In this document: positions 1 through 10,355 of the stretch, piece by piece | How the letters are laid out: every line of letters starts with the position of its first letter | Numbering within the stretch: the stretch's first letter is position 1 | Origin: an uncultured bacterium | Lineage (GTDB): Bacteria; Patescibacteriota; Minisyncoccia; Phycocordibacterales; UBA9973 | Direction of reading: 5' to 3' | Length of the DNA stretch: 34,200 bases | NCBI GenBank assembly: GCA_903904195.1 | Contig: CAIVBM010000008.1 | Coordinates: forward strand, 1-34,200 | Position numbers and translations under genes: made by a program | Notes under the pieces: model-generated | What the model saw: the letters and a program-made list of their open reading frames with translations, nothing else | Database searches by the model: none | Told to the model about the DNA's origin: nothing

Positions 1-77
1 ATAAAAATTTTTACAAACAACAGGATGTTGATAAAGCTAATAAAATATTAGATTTCTTGATAAAAGAGTTATCATAA
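1..77 (+). CDS. 3' end of an upstream CDS, partial (..KNFYKQQDVDKANKILDFLIKELS*)
   Basis: Open frame from position 3 to TAA at 75-77; too short to identify. Confidence 0.5.
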   Translation, partial: KNFYKQQDVDKANKILDFLIKELS

Positions 78-104
78 AATATGATACTATATTAGTAATT
101 ATTT

Positions 105-1532
105 ATGGAAAAGAAATATTATCCGACAATTGGTTTAGAAATACATGCAGAGTTAAAGACGCAAACAAAGATGTTTTGCGCTTGCAAGAATGATCCGGAT
201 GAAGAGAATCCAAACGTAAATGTTTGCCCTGTTTGCATGGCGCATCCGGGAGCTTTGCCGGTTATAAATAAAAAAGCGATAGAAAATGTGATAAAAGTTG
301 GCTTTGCGGTAAATGGTAAAATTTCTGACTTTACCGAATTTGATCGAAAGAATTATTTTTATCCTGACATCCCAAAAGGTTATCAGATTTCACAATATAA
401 ATATCCGATAGTTTCAGGCGGGAATTTGGCAGATTTTGATATTACTCGTGTGCATTTAGAAGAAGATACAGCAAACAACAAACACGATAGGGGTGATTTT
501 TCTTTAATAGATTTTAATCGTGGAGGTGTGCCACTCATGGAGCTAGTGACCGAAGCGATGACTTTTCAAAATGATGAAGAAGCAGCAAAGGGCGCGACAA
601 AGTTTGCTAAAGAACTCCAACTCATACTCTGGTATTTAGGAGTGTCAGAGGCGAATATGGAAAAAGGAGAAATGCGTGTGGAGGCAAATATTTCTGTTTC
701 TACAGATCCAAAGAAATTAGGTACAAAAGTAGAAGTAAAAAATCTTAATTCTTTCCGAAGCGTAGAACGCGCTATCAAATACGAGCTTGATAGAATGACA
801 AAATTAATAGAAGAAGGAAAGGGTTCAGAAATAGTGCAGGAGACTCGTGGTTGGGATGACAGCAAACAAAAAACTTTTTCTCAGAGAAAGAAAGAAGGAA
901 GCGCCGATTACAGATATTTTCCAGATCCAGATTTACCAAAATTAAAACTTCATGAGGCTTTTGATTTAGATGCTATAAAAAATAGTTTACAAGAATTACC
1001 TCAAGTAAAACGTGCCAGATACAAGAAGGATTTCGGAATAAAGGATGAAGACATAGAAGTCTATGTAAATGAACCCAGCTTGGGTATGTGGTTTGAAGAA
1101 GTTGCCAAAATTCTCAAAGATACTGGAAAGATAAAGGTGTCATCAAATTATATTACGACAGATTTTATAGGGCTCAGAGCAAAAAGTGGGGCTAAACTTC
1201 CGTCTGTAGTTAATTTTGCAGAATTAATAAACTTAGTTTCAGAAAACAAGATTTCATCTCGTGTTGCAAAAGATGTCTTGGCAATGATTGTGATCAAAGA
1301 TGAATCACCAATAAAAATCGCAAGTGAGAAAAACCTTCTTCAGAGCAGTGATACAGGAGCTTTGAAAGAAATCGCAAAAAAGATAATAGACGCCAGTCCA
1401 AAGGTTGTGGCTGATTATAAAGGAGGCAAAGAACAAGCACTCATGTTTCTAGTAGGTCAGATAATGAAAGAAACAAAAGGTTCTGCAAATCCAGCTATTT
1501 CTAAACAAATTTTAATTGATTTGCTTAAATGA
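105..1532 (+). CDS. gatB: Asp-tRNA(Asn)/Glu-tRNA(Gln) amidotransferase subunit B
   Basis: IGLEIHAEL, FDRKNYFYPD, RVHLEED, VEVKNLNSF and DYRYFPDPD motifs; C-terminal Yqey-like domain. Confidence 0.98.
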   Translation: MEKKYYPTIGLEIHAELKTQTKMFCACKNDPDEENPNVNVCPVCMAHPGALPVINKKAIENVIKVGFAVNGKISDFTEFDRKNYFYPDIPKGYQISQYKYPIVSGGNLADFDITRVHLEEDTANNKHDRGDFSLIDFNRGGVPLMELVTEAMTFQNDEEAAKGATKFAKELQLILWYLGVSEANMEKGEMRVEANISVSTDPKKLGTKVEVKNLNSFRSVERAIKYELDRMTKLIEEGKGSEIVQETRGWDDSKQKTFSQRKKEGSADYRYFPDPDLPKLKLHEAFDLDAIKNSLQELPQVKRARYKKDFGIKDEDIEVYVNEPSLGMWFEEVAKILKDTGKIKVSSNYITTDFIGLRAKSGAKLPSVVNFAELINLVSENKISSRVAKDVLAMIVIKDESPIKIASEKNLLQSSDTGALKEIAKKIIDASPKVVADYKGGKEQALMFLVGQIMKETKGSANPAISKQILIDLLK

Positions 1533-2536
1533 ATACAGATAAATTAAAAGAAACAGTCGCTCGTTTAGTAAAACCTCCAAAAGGGATTCTTGCTATTGAT
1601 GAGAGTTTTAATACTTGTGGTGAACGTTTTTTAAAGCTCGGTGTGCCGAATATAGAAGATAAGCGTAGGGAATATCGTGAGCTTCTCATCACTGCGCCTA
1701 AAATAGAAAAATACATTTCCGGATATATTCTTTTTGACGAAACAATCAACCAAGAAACTGTCGCTGGGAAAAGTTTTGTTTCTGTCTTGCAATCGAAAGG
1801 CATAGAAGTCGGAATAAAAGTTGATGCCGGCACCACTAACTTTTCTGGACATGAAGGAGAAAAAATTACTAAAGGATTAGATGGTCTAGAAAAAAGATTG
1901 AAAGAATATAAAGAACTTGGCGCGACTTTTGCGAAATGGCGCGCTGTTTATAGGATTGGGGTAAATACTCCTAGTTTTGATTGTATGGAAAAAAATGCTG
2001 AAATATTCGTAAAATACGCAATCCTGTGTCAAAAAAATGACATTGTCCCGATTGTTGAACCAGAAATTTTGATAGACGGAAATCATACTATAGAAAAATG
2101 CTACCAAGTGACTGCTCGAAATTTAGACATGGTCTTTTCCAAACTTCGCTCCGCAAATGTTTTTATGCCAGGAATAATTTTAAAAACAAGTATGGTTCTT
2201 TCTGGAAAAGATTCAAGGGATAAATCTTTTACAGAAAAGATTGCTGAAATAACTTTGAAATGTTTAAAGGAACACGTGCCAGCAGATATTGGTGGGATCG
2301 TTTTTCTTTCCGGCGGACAAGCCGATGCCGACGCGACGATGAATATAAATGAAATGCATAAAATGGGGGATTTGCCTTGGCCTCTGACGTTTTCTTATGG
2401 CAGAGCAATCCAAAATCCCGCACTTGAAAGCTGGGCAAAGAATCCTGCTGACGTTTCCGGAGCCCAAAAGCTTCTTTTGCAAGCTGCAAAAAATAATAGT
2501 CTGGCTTCTACAGGGGAATATAAATATAAAGCTTGA
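1529..2536 (+). CDS. Class I (eukaryote-type, glycolytic family) fructose-bisphosphate aldolase
   Basis: KGILAIDES, GIKVD, FAKWR, VPIVEPE, Schiff-base Lys in ILKTSM, FLSGGQ, TFSYGRAIQ. Confidence 0.95.
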   Translation: MNTDKLKETVARLVKPPKGILAIDESFNTCGERFLKLGVPNIEDKRREYRELLITAPKIEKYISGYILFDETINQETVAGKSFVSVLQSKGIEVGIKVDAGTTNFSGHEGEKITKGLDGLEKRLKEYKELGATFAKWRAVYRIGVNTPSFDCMEKNAEIFVKYAILCQKNDIVPIVEPEILIDGNHTIEKCYQVTARNLDMVFSKLRSANVFMPGIILKTSMVLSGKDSRDKSFTEKIAEITLKCLKEHVPADIGGIVFLSGGQADADATMNINEMHKMGDLPWPLTFSYGRAIQNPALESWAKNPADVSGAQKLLLQAAKNNSLASTGEYKYKA

Positions 2537-2569
2537 AAATCGATGCATTTAGTACATTCTAACATTCTA

Positions 2570-2874
2570 TAGAACATTGGAATAAAAATATGAAAGATAA
2601 ATTAGAATATAAAAAATTAGAGAGAATAATAAAAGGTGTTGCGAATCACAGAAGATTGCAAATTTTAGAACTTTTACAAAAAGAGCCAGAGCTGTCGGTT
2701 CAAGAAATTTCAGAACAGCTCAAATCCAAAATGAAAAATATTTCTGCGCATATCACGAAGATGGCAATAGCGGGTTTGTTGATGAAAAGGAGTGATAGTA
2801 AGTCCATTCGACATAAACTAACCAAGCGCGGAGTTGTCATTCTAAAGTTCGTTAGAATGTTGGAATAAAAATAT
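2570..2874. repeat. 22-bp direct repeats flanking the ArsR-like gene (2570-2591 and 2853-2874)
   Basis: TAGAACATTGGAATAAAAATAT versus TAGAATGTTGGAATAAAAATAT (20/22 identical). Confidence 0.8.
2590..2868 (+). CDS. ArsR/SmtB-like winged-helix protein
   Basis: 92 aa; KGVANHRRLQILELL..ELSVQEISEQL..NISAHITKM..AGLL pattern; no Cys metal site. Confidence 0.85.
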   Translation: MKDKLEYKKLERIIKGVANHRRLQILELLQKEPELSVQEISEQLKSKMKNISAHITKMAIAGLLMKRSDSKSIRHKLTKRGVVILKFVRMLE

Positions 2875-2911
2875 AGCATAGAAAATATAAATAAAGAATT
2901 AAAACTAAGAT

Positions 2912-2942
2912 AGGCCATCTTCCTTGCTGGGGAAGATGGCCT
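2912..2942. terminator. GC-rich hairpin between convergent genes, probable terminator
   Basis: AGGCCATCTTCC-7nt-GGAAGATGGCCT, perfect 12-bp stem. Confidence 0.7.
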
Positions 2943-2969
2943 GTTGCTGATTTCGTTTTTTGATGATGT

Positions 2970-3551
2970 TTAGTGGTTGCCCGCTTTGGCGACAGCCACG
3001 ATGGCGGATTTTGCTTGAGGGGGTGTGGAGTAATGACTCCACATTTCGAGTGCGACAAACGAAAAGCCGCAAATGACTAAACCAACAGCAAAACTTATCA
3101 CCGTCAGCTCAAACCCCAAAAGTTTACCTCTAAGCATGAACTGAATCTGCCAGTTCGTAAGCATCGAGGCAATCAGGAACATAATGATTGCCTGTTTGCT
3201 CATGCTGCCATTTTCCCATCCAGATCGAAGAATGGGGCAGGCAGAGATAGTGGTCGGCATTGAAGAGCCAATCACGAATGCTTTTTCGATTGCTCTGGGG
3301 CCACTTAACATTGCCTCAAGGTGTTCCGGATGGCGTTTGTTCATCGCGATGAGCTGGCCGCCCACGAGGGAAATCGAGAGGATGATTATAGCAAAGCCTT
3401 TCAACATCCCCACACCTTCCTTGAGTCCGGCAATCACATCCACCCACCCGCCAGCGCTGTAGTTTTTCAAGCAAAGCAAGAGAAAAAACAGGCTTACGAC
3501 GACAAGCATGGTATTTTCACCCATCAGCCACTTCATATTTCTTAGTTGCAT
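2970..3551 (-). CDS. Membrane protein, possibly a permease of the DUF318/ArsP_1 type
   Basis: Several hydrophobic segments; G..MP...ACPI...G....AIIMFLIASMLTN resembles the DUF318 motif; SD AAGGAG before ATG. Confidence 0.55.
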   Translation of the reverse strand: MQLRNMKWLMGENTMLVVVSLFFLLLCLKNYSAGGWVDVIAGLKEGVGMLKGFAIIILSISLVGGQLIAMNKRHPEHLEAMLSGPRAIEKAFVIGSSMPTTISACPILRSGWENGSMSKQAIIMFLIASMLTNWQIQFMLRGKLLGFELTVISFAVGLVICGFSFVALEMWSHYSTPPQAKSAIVAVAKAGNH

Positions 3552-3600
3552 ACACTCCTTGGTTAAAAGGTTTGACTAACGTTGGAAAGATCTTTGGCTA

Positions 3601-3630
3601 GAGTATGCCATGCCAAAAGTTAAAAGTCAA
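3601..3630 (-). promoter_or_regulatory. sigma70-type promoter for the 3551 gene
   Basis: Minus strand TTGACT-17nt-CATACT. Confidence 0.6.
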
Positions 3631-3673
3631 GCCTTAAAAATATACGATTTTTATTGCTTTTTATTTTTTTTCT

Positions 3674-3746
3674 GTATACCCCAACACTTATTTCAAAAAA
3701 TAGTATTATAAAAAGTTTTTGACTTTTAATAAGTGTTCGGGTATAC
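3674..3746. repeat. 19-bp inverted repeat overlapping the rplY promoter
   Basis: GTATACCCCAACACTTATT (3674-3692) / AATAAGTGTTCGGGTATAC (3728-3746), 1 mismatch. Confidence 0.8.
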
Positions 3747-3747
3747 T
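3719..3747 (+). promoter_or_regulatory. sigma70 promoter of rplY, probably giving a leaderless transcript
   Basis: TTGACT-17-TATACT, ATG 6 nt downstream at 3754, no SD. Confidence 0.7.
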
Positions 3748-3753
3748 ATCTTC

Positions 3754-4446
3754 ATGTTTGTAATTAAAGCTGATAAAAGAGATTTGGATACAAAATTAGG
3801 CGTTTTGAGAAAGTCTGGGAAAATCCCAGCTGTTTTTTACGGCGCTGGTGAGAAAACCACTTCTGTGACTATATCTATTACTGAATTCAAGAAAATCTGG
3901 CGAGACGCCGGAGAGTCTTCTGCTATTAAAATCTCAACTCCTACAGGAGATGTAAACGCTCTTATTCATGAGGTTCAAGTTGATCCAGTTACAGATGAGC
4001 CAATACATGTAGACTTTTTGGTTATTGATATGAAGAAGAAAATCCGTGTTGCTGTACCGCTTGTATTTGAAGGAATATCAAATGCAGTCAAGGGTGGTAT
4101 AGGAAACCTAGTCAAAGTTCTTCATGAAGTAGAAATTGAAGCTTTGCCTGCAGATTTGCCACACAACCTTATCGTAGATATTTCAAAGCTTGAGACTTTA
4201 GATAATAGCGTCCTCGTTTCTGATATTAAATTACCAGCAGGAGTCGTTGTTATTACAAATGCAAATGATGTTGTAGCTTCTGTCGTCGCTCAGGTTGAAG
4301 AAAAAGAAGAAGTCGTCGTTGCTCCAGATTTGTCTGCTATTGAAGTTGAAAAGAAAGGTAAGAAAGAAGAAGAAGGAGTTCCAGCAGCTGAAGGAGCCGC
4401 TCCAGCAAAAGAAGAAAAGACAGAAAAGAAGCCTGAAAAGAAATAA
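3754..4446 (+). CDS. rplY: 50S ribosomal protein bL25 (long Ctc/TL5 type)
   Basis: LRKSGKIPAVFYG, HEVQVDPVTDEPIHVDF, beta domain, acidic/lysine tail; ATG 3754 preferred over GTG 3733. Confidence 0.96.
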   Translation: MFVIKADKRDLDTKLGVLRKSGKIPAVFYGAGEKTTSVTISITEFKKIWRDAGESSAIKISTPTGDVNALIHEVQVDPVTDEPIHVDFLVIDMKKKIRVAVPLVFEGISNAVKGGIGNLVKVLHEVEIEALPADLPHNLIVDISKLETLDNSVLVSDIKLPAGVVVITNANDVVASVVAQVEEKEEVVVAPDLSAIEVEKKGKKEEEGVPAAEGAAPAKEEKTEKKPEKK

Positions 4447-4539
4447 AAAAGGTGAGTTTATAATATTTTTTCGTCCTGCGCCCTTCTCCTTTGGAGTGGG
4501 ACCCTCGGACAGAAAAAATTTTATAAACTCACCTTTTTT
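4445..4539. repeat. Long hairpin element with CCCTTC-hairpin-GGGACCC core (family 2, copy A); may also act as rplY terminator
   Basis: Perfect 19-bp IR AAAAAAGGTGAGTTTATAA/TTATAAACTCACCTTTTTT, continuing through ATTTTTTC/GAAAAAAT and GTCC/GGAC. Confidence 0.85.
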
Positions 4540-4557
4540 TATGATACAATAAAAGCT

Positions 4558-5922
4558 ATGACGAGAAATACAGTCATAGTTTTTATTTTTCCACTTATTG
4601 TTGTTATGTTTGTTTTTTCCTTTATTTTTGCACCGACAGCAAGAGCTGATTTTGATTGTTTGACCCTCACTGTGTCATCTGCTCAATCCGACAAAGATTA
4701 TTGTCAAAATCAACTAACTCAAATAGAAGCTCAACTTACGGATTTATTAAATCAACAAGCAGAACAACAGAAAACCACGGGCACATTAAAAGGTGACGTG
4801 AATTATTTGACCAGTCAAATAAATGCTTTAAAAGTAAAAATAAAAGCCAGAGCTTTAACCATCGCCCAGCTAAAAGTAAACATTACAGAAAAAGTTAATA
4901 CTATTAATTCGCTTTCCGACAAGATAGATAGAGAACACGAATCTTTGGCCCAATTACTCAGAAATACAAATGAATTTGATGATTCAAATTTAGTTGATTT
5001 AGTCCTTTCAAATAATAGTATTTCCAATTTCTATTCTGATTTAGAGTCTTATACTTTTATAAAACAAGCCATAAAATCATCGGTTGATATAATCAATGGA
5101 GTAAAAAAACAAAATGAAGTAGCAAAACAAGATCTCGTAAATAAGCAAAACGCTGAAACGGACGCAAAGGCAGAATTAGAAAGTGCTCAAAAGGCTGTGG
5201 CAAAATCAGAAGCAGACAAGAAACAGCTTTTAGCTATTTCTAAAAATAAAGAGCTTGAATATCAAAAATTAGCGGCAGCAAAAAAGATGCAAGCAGATAA
5301 AATACGTAGCGCCCTCTTTAGCCTCGCTGGTATTTCACAAAAAATAGATTTCGGTACAGCTCTCAACTATGCCAATGAGGTAAAAAGTAAATTAGGAATT
5401 GATCCTGCGTTCTTGTTGGCCATTATGACCCAAGAATCAAATCTAGGAGGAAATGTCGGCCAGTGCTATCTGACCAGTCCTGACACAGGTGGAGGAGTGG
5501 GGAAAAATACCGGAACATTTTTCGCAAATGTTATGAATCCTACCAGAGATGTGCCAGTATTTTTGAGCATGACTGTTGATTTGGGAATAAATGCTTACAA
5601 GACGGCGGTTTCTTGTCCGATAGCAGGAGCTGGTGGTTATGGTGGAGCGATGGGTCCGGCACAATTTATTCCTTCAACTTGGAAAATGTTTGCCAGTCGT
5701 TTGAAAGATCTTTTGGGTTATATTGCTAATCCTTGGGCACCCCGTGACGCATTTATGGCTTCTGGAATGTATTTATCTGATCTTGGGGCAGTAGGCACTA
5801 GCACCAGCGCACAAAACAGAGCAGCTTGTAGCTATTATGGCACCAGAGGGTCTTCATGTACTTATAGCAGAAGTGTTCAGAAATTAAAGTCTACGATTCA
5901 AGCCAATATAGATTTGCTTTAA
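4558..5922 (+). CDS. Secreted coiled-coil protein with C-terminal lytic transglycosylase (SLT/lysozyme-like) domain
   Basis: Signal peptide ending in ARA, long heptad region, catalytic QESNLG, GAMGPAQFIPSTW. Confidence 0.88.
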   Translation: MTRNTVIVFIFPLIVVMFVFSFIFAPTARADFDCLTLTVSSAQSDKDYCQNQLTQIEAQLTDLLNQQAEQQKTTGTLKGDVNYLTSQINALKVKIKARALTIAQLKVNITEKVNTINSLSDKIDREHESLAQLLRNTNEFDDSNLVDLVLSNNSISNFYSDLESYTFIKQAIKSSVDIINGVKKQNEVAKQDLVNKQNAETDAKAELESAQKAVAKSEADKKQLLAISKNKELEYQKLAAAKKMQADKIRSALFSLAGISQKIDFGTALNYANEVKSKLGIDPAFLLAIMTQESNLGGNVGQCYLTSPDTGGGVGKNTGTFFANVMNPTRDVPVFLSMTVDLGINAYKTAVSCPIAGAGGYGGAMGPAQFIPSTWKMFASRLKDLLGYIANPWAPRDAFMASGMYLSDLGAVGTSTSAQNRAACSYYGTRGSSCTYSRSVQKLKSTIQANIDLL

Positions 5923-5951
5923 AATAGAATTCGTGATAATCTTTTTAAACA

Positions 5952-6170
5952 ATGAAAAAAGATATACATCCAAAATACGACATAAAAACAAAGGCTACCT
6001 GCGCTTGCGGAGCTGTTTTTGAGGTTGGTTCTACTATGCCAGCTATCTCAATGGAAATCTGCAGTCAATGTCATCCTTTTTATACTGGAAATGAAAAAAT
6101 CATGGACACCGCTGGACGCGTAGAACGTTTCAACAAGCGACGTGCTGCAACTGCTAAAGTTAAGAAGTAA
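5952..6170 (+). CDS. rpmE: 50S ribosomal protein bL31 (Zn-binding type)
   Basis: [27 protein letters not shown]. Confidence 0.97.
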   Translation: MKKDIHPKYDIKTKATCACGAVFEVGSTMPAISMEICSQCHPFYTGNEKIMDTAGRVERFNKRRAATAKVKK

Positions 6171-7136
6171 ATGAATCTAGAAGAAATAAAAAAAGATCAT
6201 AGGACTAGCTATCTAGCGAGCAGTCTAGAGAAGCTTTTGCGTGAAGAAGCGGAAGTGCGAGAGATGCTCGCAAGTGATGACAGTTTGCATGAGATGGCAG
6301 CAAAAGAATTAAAATTTATTCAAGAAGAAAAAGAAAGAATAGAAAAACAAGTACAAGAAATCCTAGATAAAGACAAAGCAGAAGAAGAATTTCCAAACGA
6401 AATAGTTTTAGAAGTGCGAGCTGGCGCAGGGGGAGACGAAGCAAGCCTTTTTGCGTGGGAGTTAGCACATATGTATGAAAAGTTCTCCGAGGCCGAGGGT
6501 TGGCAGTGGAGGGTGAACTATGAATCAAAAAGTGATTTAAATGGTTATAAAGAAGCGAGCTTTGAAATAAAAGGAAAAGACGTTTACAGAAAAATGCGAT
6601 ATGAAACAGGCGTGCACAGAGTGCAGAGAATGCCAGCGACAGAAAAGAACGGCAGGATACACACGTCTACAGCCTCAGTGGCAGTGTTACCGATAAGAAA
6701 AAAAGTCACGATAAAAATTGATCCTTCAGAATTTGAAATGGAATATTCTCGTTCTGGTGGAAAGGGTGGACAAAATGTAAACAAGGTTGAGACGGCTGTG
6801 CGTATAATTCATAAACCTACAGGGCTGGATGTGCGTTCTACTAATGAGCGAAGTCAGTTAGCAAACAGAGAAAAGGCTATGTCTATTTTGACTGCGAAAC
6901 TTCAACAACTTGAAGAGGAAAAGGAAGCGAAAAAGTATGCAGGAGAGCGCAAAGAACAAATAGGTACAGCAGATAGATCAGAAAAAATCCGCACTTATAA
7001 TTTTCCGCAAGACCGAGTGACAGATCATCGTATAAAGAAATCTTGGCATAATTTACCAAAGATAATGGAAGGTGGAATAGGGGAAATAATTAAAGACATT
7101 GAAACGGGTGCAGTTGGAAATGAGGCTGAAGAATAA
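6171..7136 (+). CDS. prfA: Peptide chain release factor 1
   Basis: GVHRVQRMPAT (PxT motif of RF1), GGQ motif, RSEKIRTYNFPQDRVTDHR. Confidence 0.96.
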   Translation: MNLEEIKKDHRTSYLASSLEKLLREEAEVREMLASDDSLHEMAAKELKFIQEEKERIEKQVQEILDKDKAEEEFPNEIVLEVRAGAGGDEASLFAWELAHMYEKFSEAEGWQWRVNYESKSDLNGYKEASFEIKGKDVYRKMRYETGVHRVQRMPATEKNGRIHTSTASVAVLPIRKKVTIKIDPSEFEMEYSRSGGKGGQNVNKVETAVRIIHKPTGLDVRSTNERSQLANREKAMSILTAKLQQLEEEKEAKKYAGERKEQIGTADRSEKIRTYNFPQDRVTDHRIKKSWHNLPKIMEGGIGEIIKDIETGAVGNEAEE

Positions 7137-7269
7137 TTATTTTTCTATTTGCTTTTCGATTTTAATATGGTATTCTCTTAGATGTAGTTTCTCACTTAGC
7201 GAAAAGAGTTTCTACGTTTTATTAAGTAGTTTTTTGTCCTTTTTATTAAAAAAGGAAGAAGTAAAGAAA

Positions 7270-7590
7270 ATGGCTACAAAGCTATATGTAGGGGGTCTTC
7301 CTTACAGCACAGTCGAAAATGCTCTTAAAGAGCTTTTCGCACAGGCTGGAAACGTTGTTTCCGCTGTGATTATTATGGACAAGATGTCTGGTCGTTCAAA
7401 AGGTTTTGGATTCGTAGAAATGTCATCACAAGATGAGGCTGCAAAAGCTATCTCGATGTTCAACGATCAAGAATTCGAAGGACGCAAACTTACTGTCAAC
7501 GAAGCTCGCCCTATGGAAGCTCGCCCACCACGTTCTGGAGGCAATGACCGAGGCGGTTACGGGGGAGGAAGCGGACGAAGAGAATACTAA
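7270..7590 (+). CDS. Single-RRM RNA-binding protein with Gly-rich tail
   Basis: RNP2 LYVGGL and RNP1 KGFGFVEM; real start MATKLY at 7270, not 7099. Confidence 0.93.
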   Translation: MATKLYVGGLPYSTVENALKELFAQAGNVVSAVIIMDKMSGRSKGFGFVEMSSQDEAAKAISMFNDQEFEGRKLTVNEARPMEARPPRSGGNDRGGYGGGSGRREY

Positions 7591-7611
7591 TTTAAATTTA
7601 GATCTCAGATT

Positions 7612-7644
7612 AAACAAAAAACCACCTTGGGTGGTTTTTTGTTT
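7612..7644. terminator. Intrinsic terminator after the RRM gene
   Basis: AAACAAAAAACCACC-TTG-GGTGGTTTTTTGTTT perfect IR with T tract. Confidence 0.85.
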
Positions 7645-7701
7645 GCTTTAAGTTATTATTTTTGTTATATTTTCTGCACGGCTTCTTGTATTTTTTATTT
7701 T

Positions 7702-7729
7702 CTAGAACCTAGAAGCTAGTCCCTAGAAC
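7702..7729. repeat. Heptamer tandem repeat (CTAGAAC/CTAGAAG/CTAGTCC/CTAGAAC) before tRNA-Ile
   Basis: Four 7-nt units starting with CTAG. Confidence 0.7.
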
Positions 7730-7739
7730 CTGTATTTTT

Positions 7740-7811
7740 GAGTGTGTAGTTCAGTGGTAGAACGCTGTCCTGATAAGACAGAGGTCGAAGGTCCGATTCC
7801 TTCCACACTCA
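7740..7811 (+). tRNA. tRNA-Ile(GAT), CCA not encoded
   Basis: Acceptor GAGTGTG/CACACTC, anticodon stem CTGTC/GACAG with loop CTGATAA, T stem GAAGG/CCTTC. Confidence 0.93.
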
Positions 7812-7887
7812 CTAGGTATTTTCTTCACATTTGCATCCAACATATTTTTCATTTATACTAGAATAAAGCCGTGAGGGCTTTGTTTTT

Positions 7888-8163
7888 GTGATTAATAAAG
7901 ACAATAAAAAAATAGATTGGAAACCAGCATTTGATATATTCAGCAAGGTTTCGACTTGGGTCATAGTGCCTATAATTTTGGCACTAATAATCGGAAAGGC
8001 ATTAGATAAACATTACGGCACGGATCCTTGGATATTCTTAGCTTGCACCGGTTTAGGATTTATAATTTCTTCATATGGTATCGTGCGAGTAGTTTTTAAA
8101 TATATGAAGACTTTAGAGATGGAAGATAAGAATAAAAAAGAAATAAATAATATTAATAAATAA
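7888..8163 (+). CDS. atpZ: AtpZ/AtpI-family two-TM ATP synthase accessory protein
   Basis: Two TM helices around IGKALDKHYGTDPW; first gene of atp cluster; promoter TTGCAT-17-TATACT upstream. Confidence 0.8.
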   Translation: MINKDNKKIDWKPAFDIFSKVSTWVIVPIILALIIGKALDKHYGTDPWIFLACTGLGFIISSYGIVRVVFKYMKTLEMEDKNKKEINNINK

Positions 8164-8165
8164 TA

Positions 8166-9303
<1,138 letters not shown>

Positions 9304-9462
9304 TTTGAAAATTTTAAATAGCTTCTTTTAAAAAGCAATCTATCTGGCGAAGCTTTGGGAGCGTTCTGCTCGTCGATCAAGAAAATAATAAATGGATTAC
9401 CATTTTTATTTTCTAATCTCCTGCGCAAGGCTTTTTAAAAGAACTATTTTAAATTTTTTAAA
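9304..9462. repeat. Structured palindromic element family 1, copy 1 (atpE-atpF spacer)
   Basis: Terminal IR AAATAGCTTCTTTTAAAAAGC/GCTTTTTAAAAGAACTATTT and two internal hairpins; reverse complement aligns with 14260-14394. Confidence 0.92.
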
Positions 9463-9471
9463 TATAAACAA

Positions 9472-9933
9472 ATGGATTCAATTATATCTACATTTCACAT
9501 AGACTGGAAAATCATTGTTGCTCAAGCGATAAACTTTGTTATTGTTTTTGTTGTTTTATATATTTTCGCTTTAAAGCCACTTTCTAAATTGATGGCAGAA
9601 CGCGCAGAAAAGATAAAACAAGGTTTAGTTGATTCAAAGAAAGCTAATGAATTATTGCAAAAAGCTGGTGAAGAATATAAGGAAAACACAATTAAACTTC
9701 GAAAATTTTCAGTAGATGCTCAAAAAGAACTTCAAAAAGATTTGGAAAAATTAAGAGCAGAAAATATAGAAAGGATAAAAAAAGACGAAGAGGAATATAA
9801 AAAGAAGAGAATGGCGCAAATGGAATTAGACAAGAAAGCTTTAATTGAGTCGGCCACAAAAGAAGTCATATCTTTGGCGATGCTTGCCACAGAGAAATTA
9901 ATTAGTAGTAAGAAAGATTTAAATAATTTATAG
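9472..9933 (+). CDS. atpF: ATP synthase Fo subunit b
   Basis: N-terminal TM (QAINFVIVFVVLYIFALKP), ERAEKI, coiled coil; operon position. Confidence 0.92.
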   Translation: MDSIISTFHIDWKIIVAQAINFVIVFVVLYIFALKPLSKLMAERAEKIKQGLVDSKKANELLQKAGEEYKENTIKLRKFSVDAQKELQKDLEKLRAENIERIKKDEEEYKKKRMAQMELDKKALIESATKEVISLAMLATEKLISSKKDLNNL

Positions 9934-9944
9934 AATATATTTTA

Positions 9945-10355
9945 ATGTCAGTAACATCAAACAATGACATAGCTCGCGCTATCTACCTTATGTCCAAAGA
10001 TAAGAGTAGTTCGGAGCAGAAAAATATATCTGAAAAAGTGGTTAAATTTTTATTTAAAAAAAGATTATTGTCAAAAGCCCCCGATATATTATTACGGCTT
10101 AAGAAAATAATAAATGGTGAGGAGGGAAGAATAGAAGCGAAAATATCAAGCGTAGAAGCCCTCAGTCATCAGACAAAAACATCCTTGGAGCAAGCTTTAA
10201 AAAAACGTTATTCCGTAAAAGAAGTTACTTTAAAAGAAAATATAGATAAAAAATTATTAGGTGGAATAAAAATAGAAGTGGATGACGAAGTAGTTGACCT
10301 TTCAGTCAAAAATAAAATTAATAAATTACAAGAATATTTAACAAAGACCGTATGA
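9945..10355 (+). CDS. atpH: ATP synthase F1 delta subunit (short form)
   Basis: C-terminal [26 protein letters not shown]; operon position. Confidence 0.9.
   Translation: MSVTSNNDIARAIYLMSKDKSSSEQKNISEKVVKFLFKKRLLSKAPDILLRLKKIINGEEGRIEAKISSVEALSHQTKTSLEQALKKRYSVKEVTLKENIDKKLLGGIKIEVDDEVVDLSVKNKINKLQEYLTKTV

Noticed and set aside
3595-3615. sigma54 -24/-12 promoter (TGGCATACTCTAGC on minus strand)
   Set aside because: GG-to-GC spacing is 9 rather than 10, and the sequence is explained by a sigma70 -10 box
7099-7269. N-terminal extension of the RRM protein
   Set aside because: It overlaps prfA and a promoter-like region; the RRM begins at Met 7270
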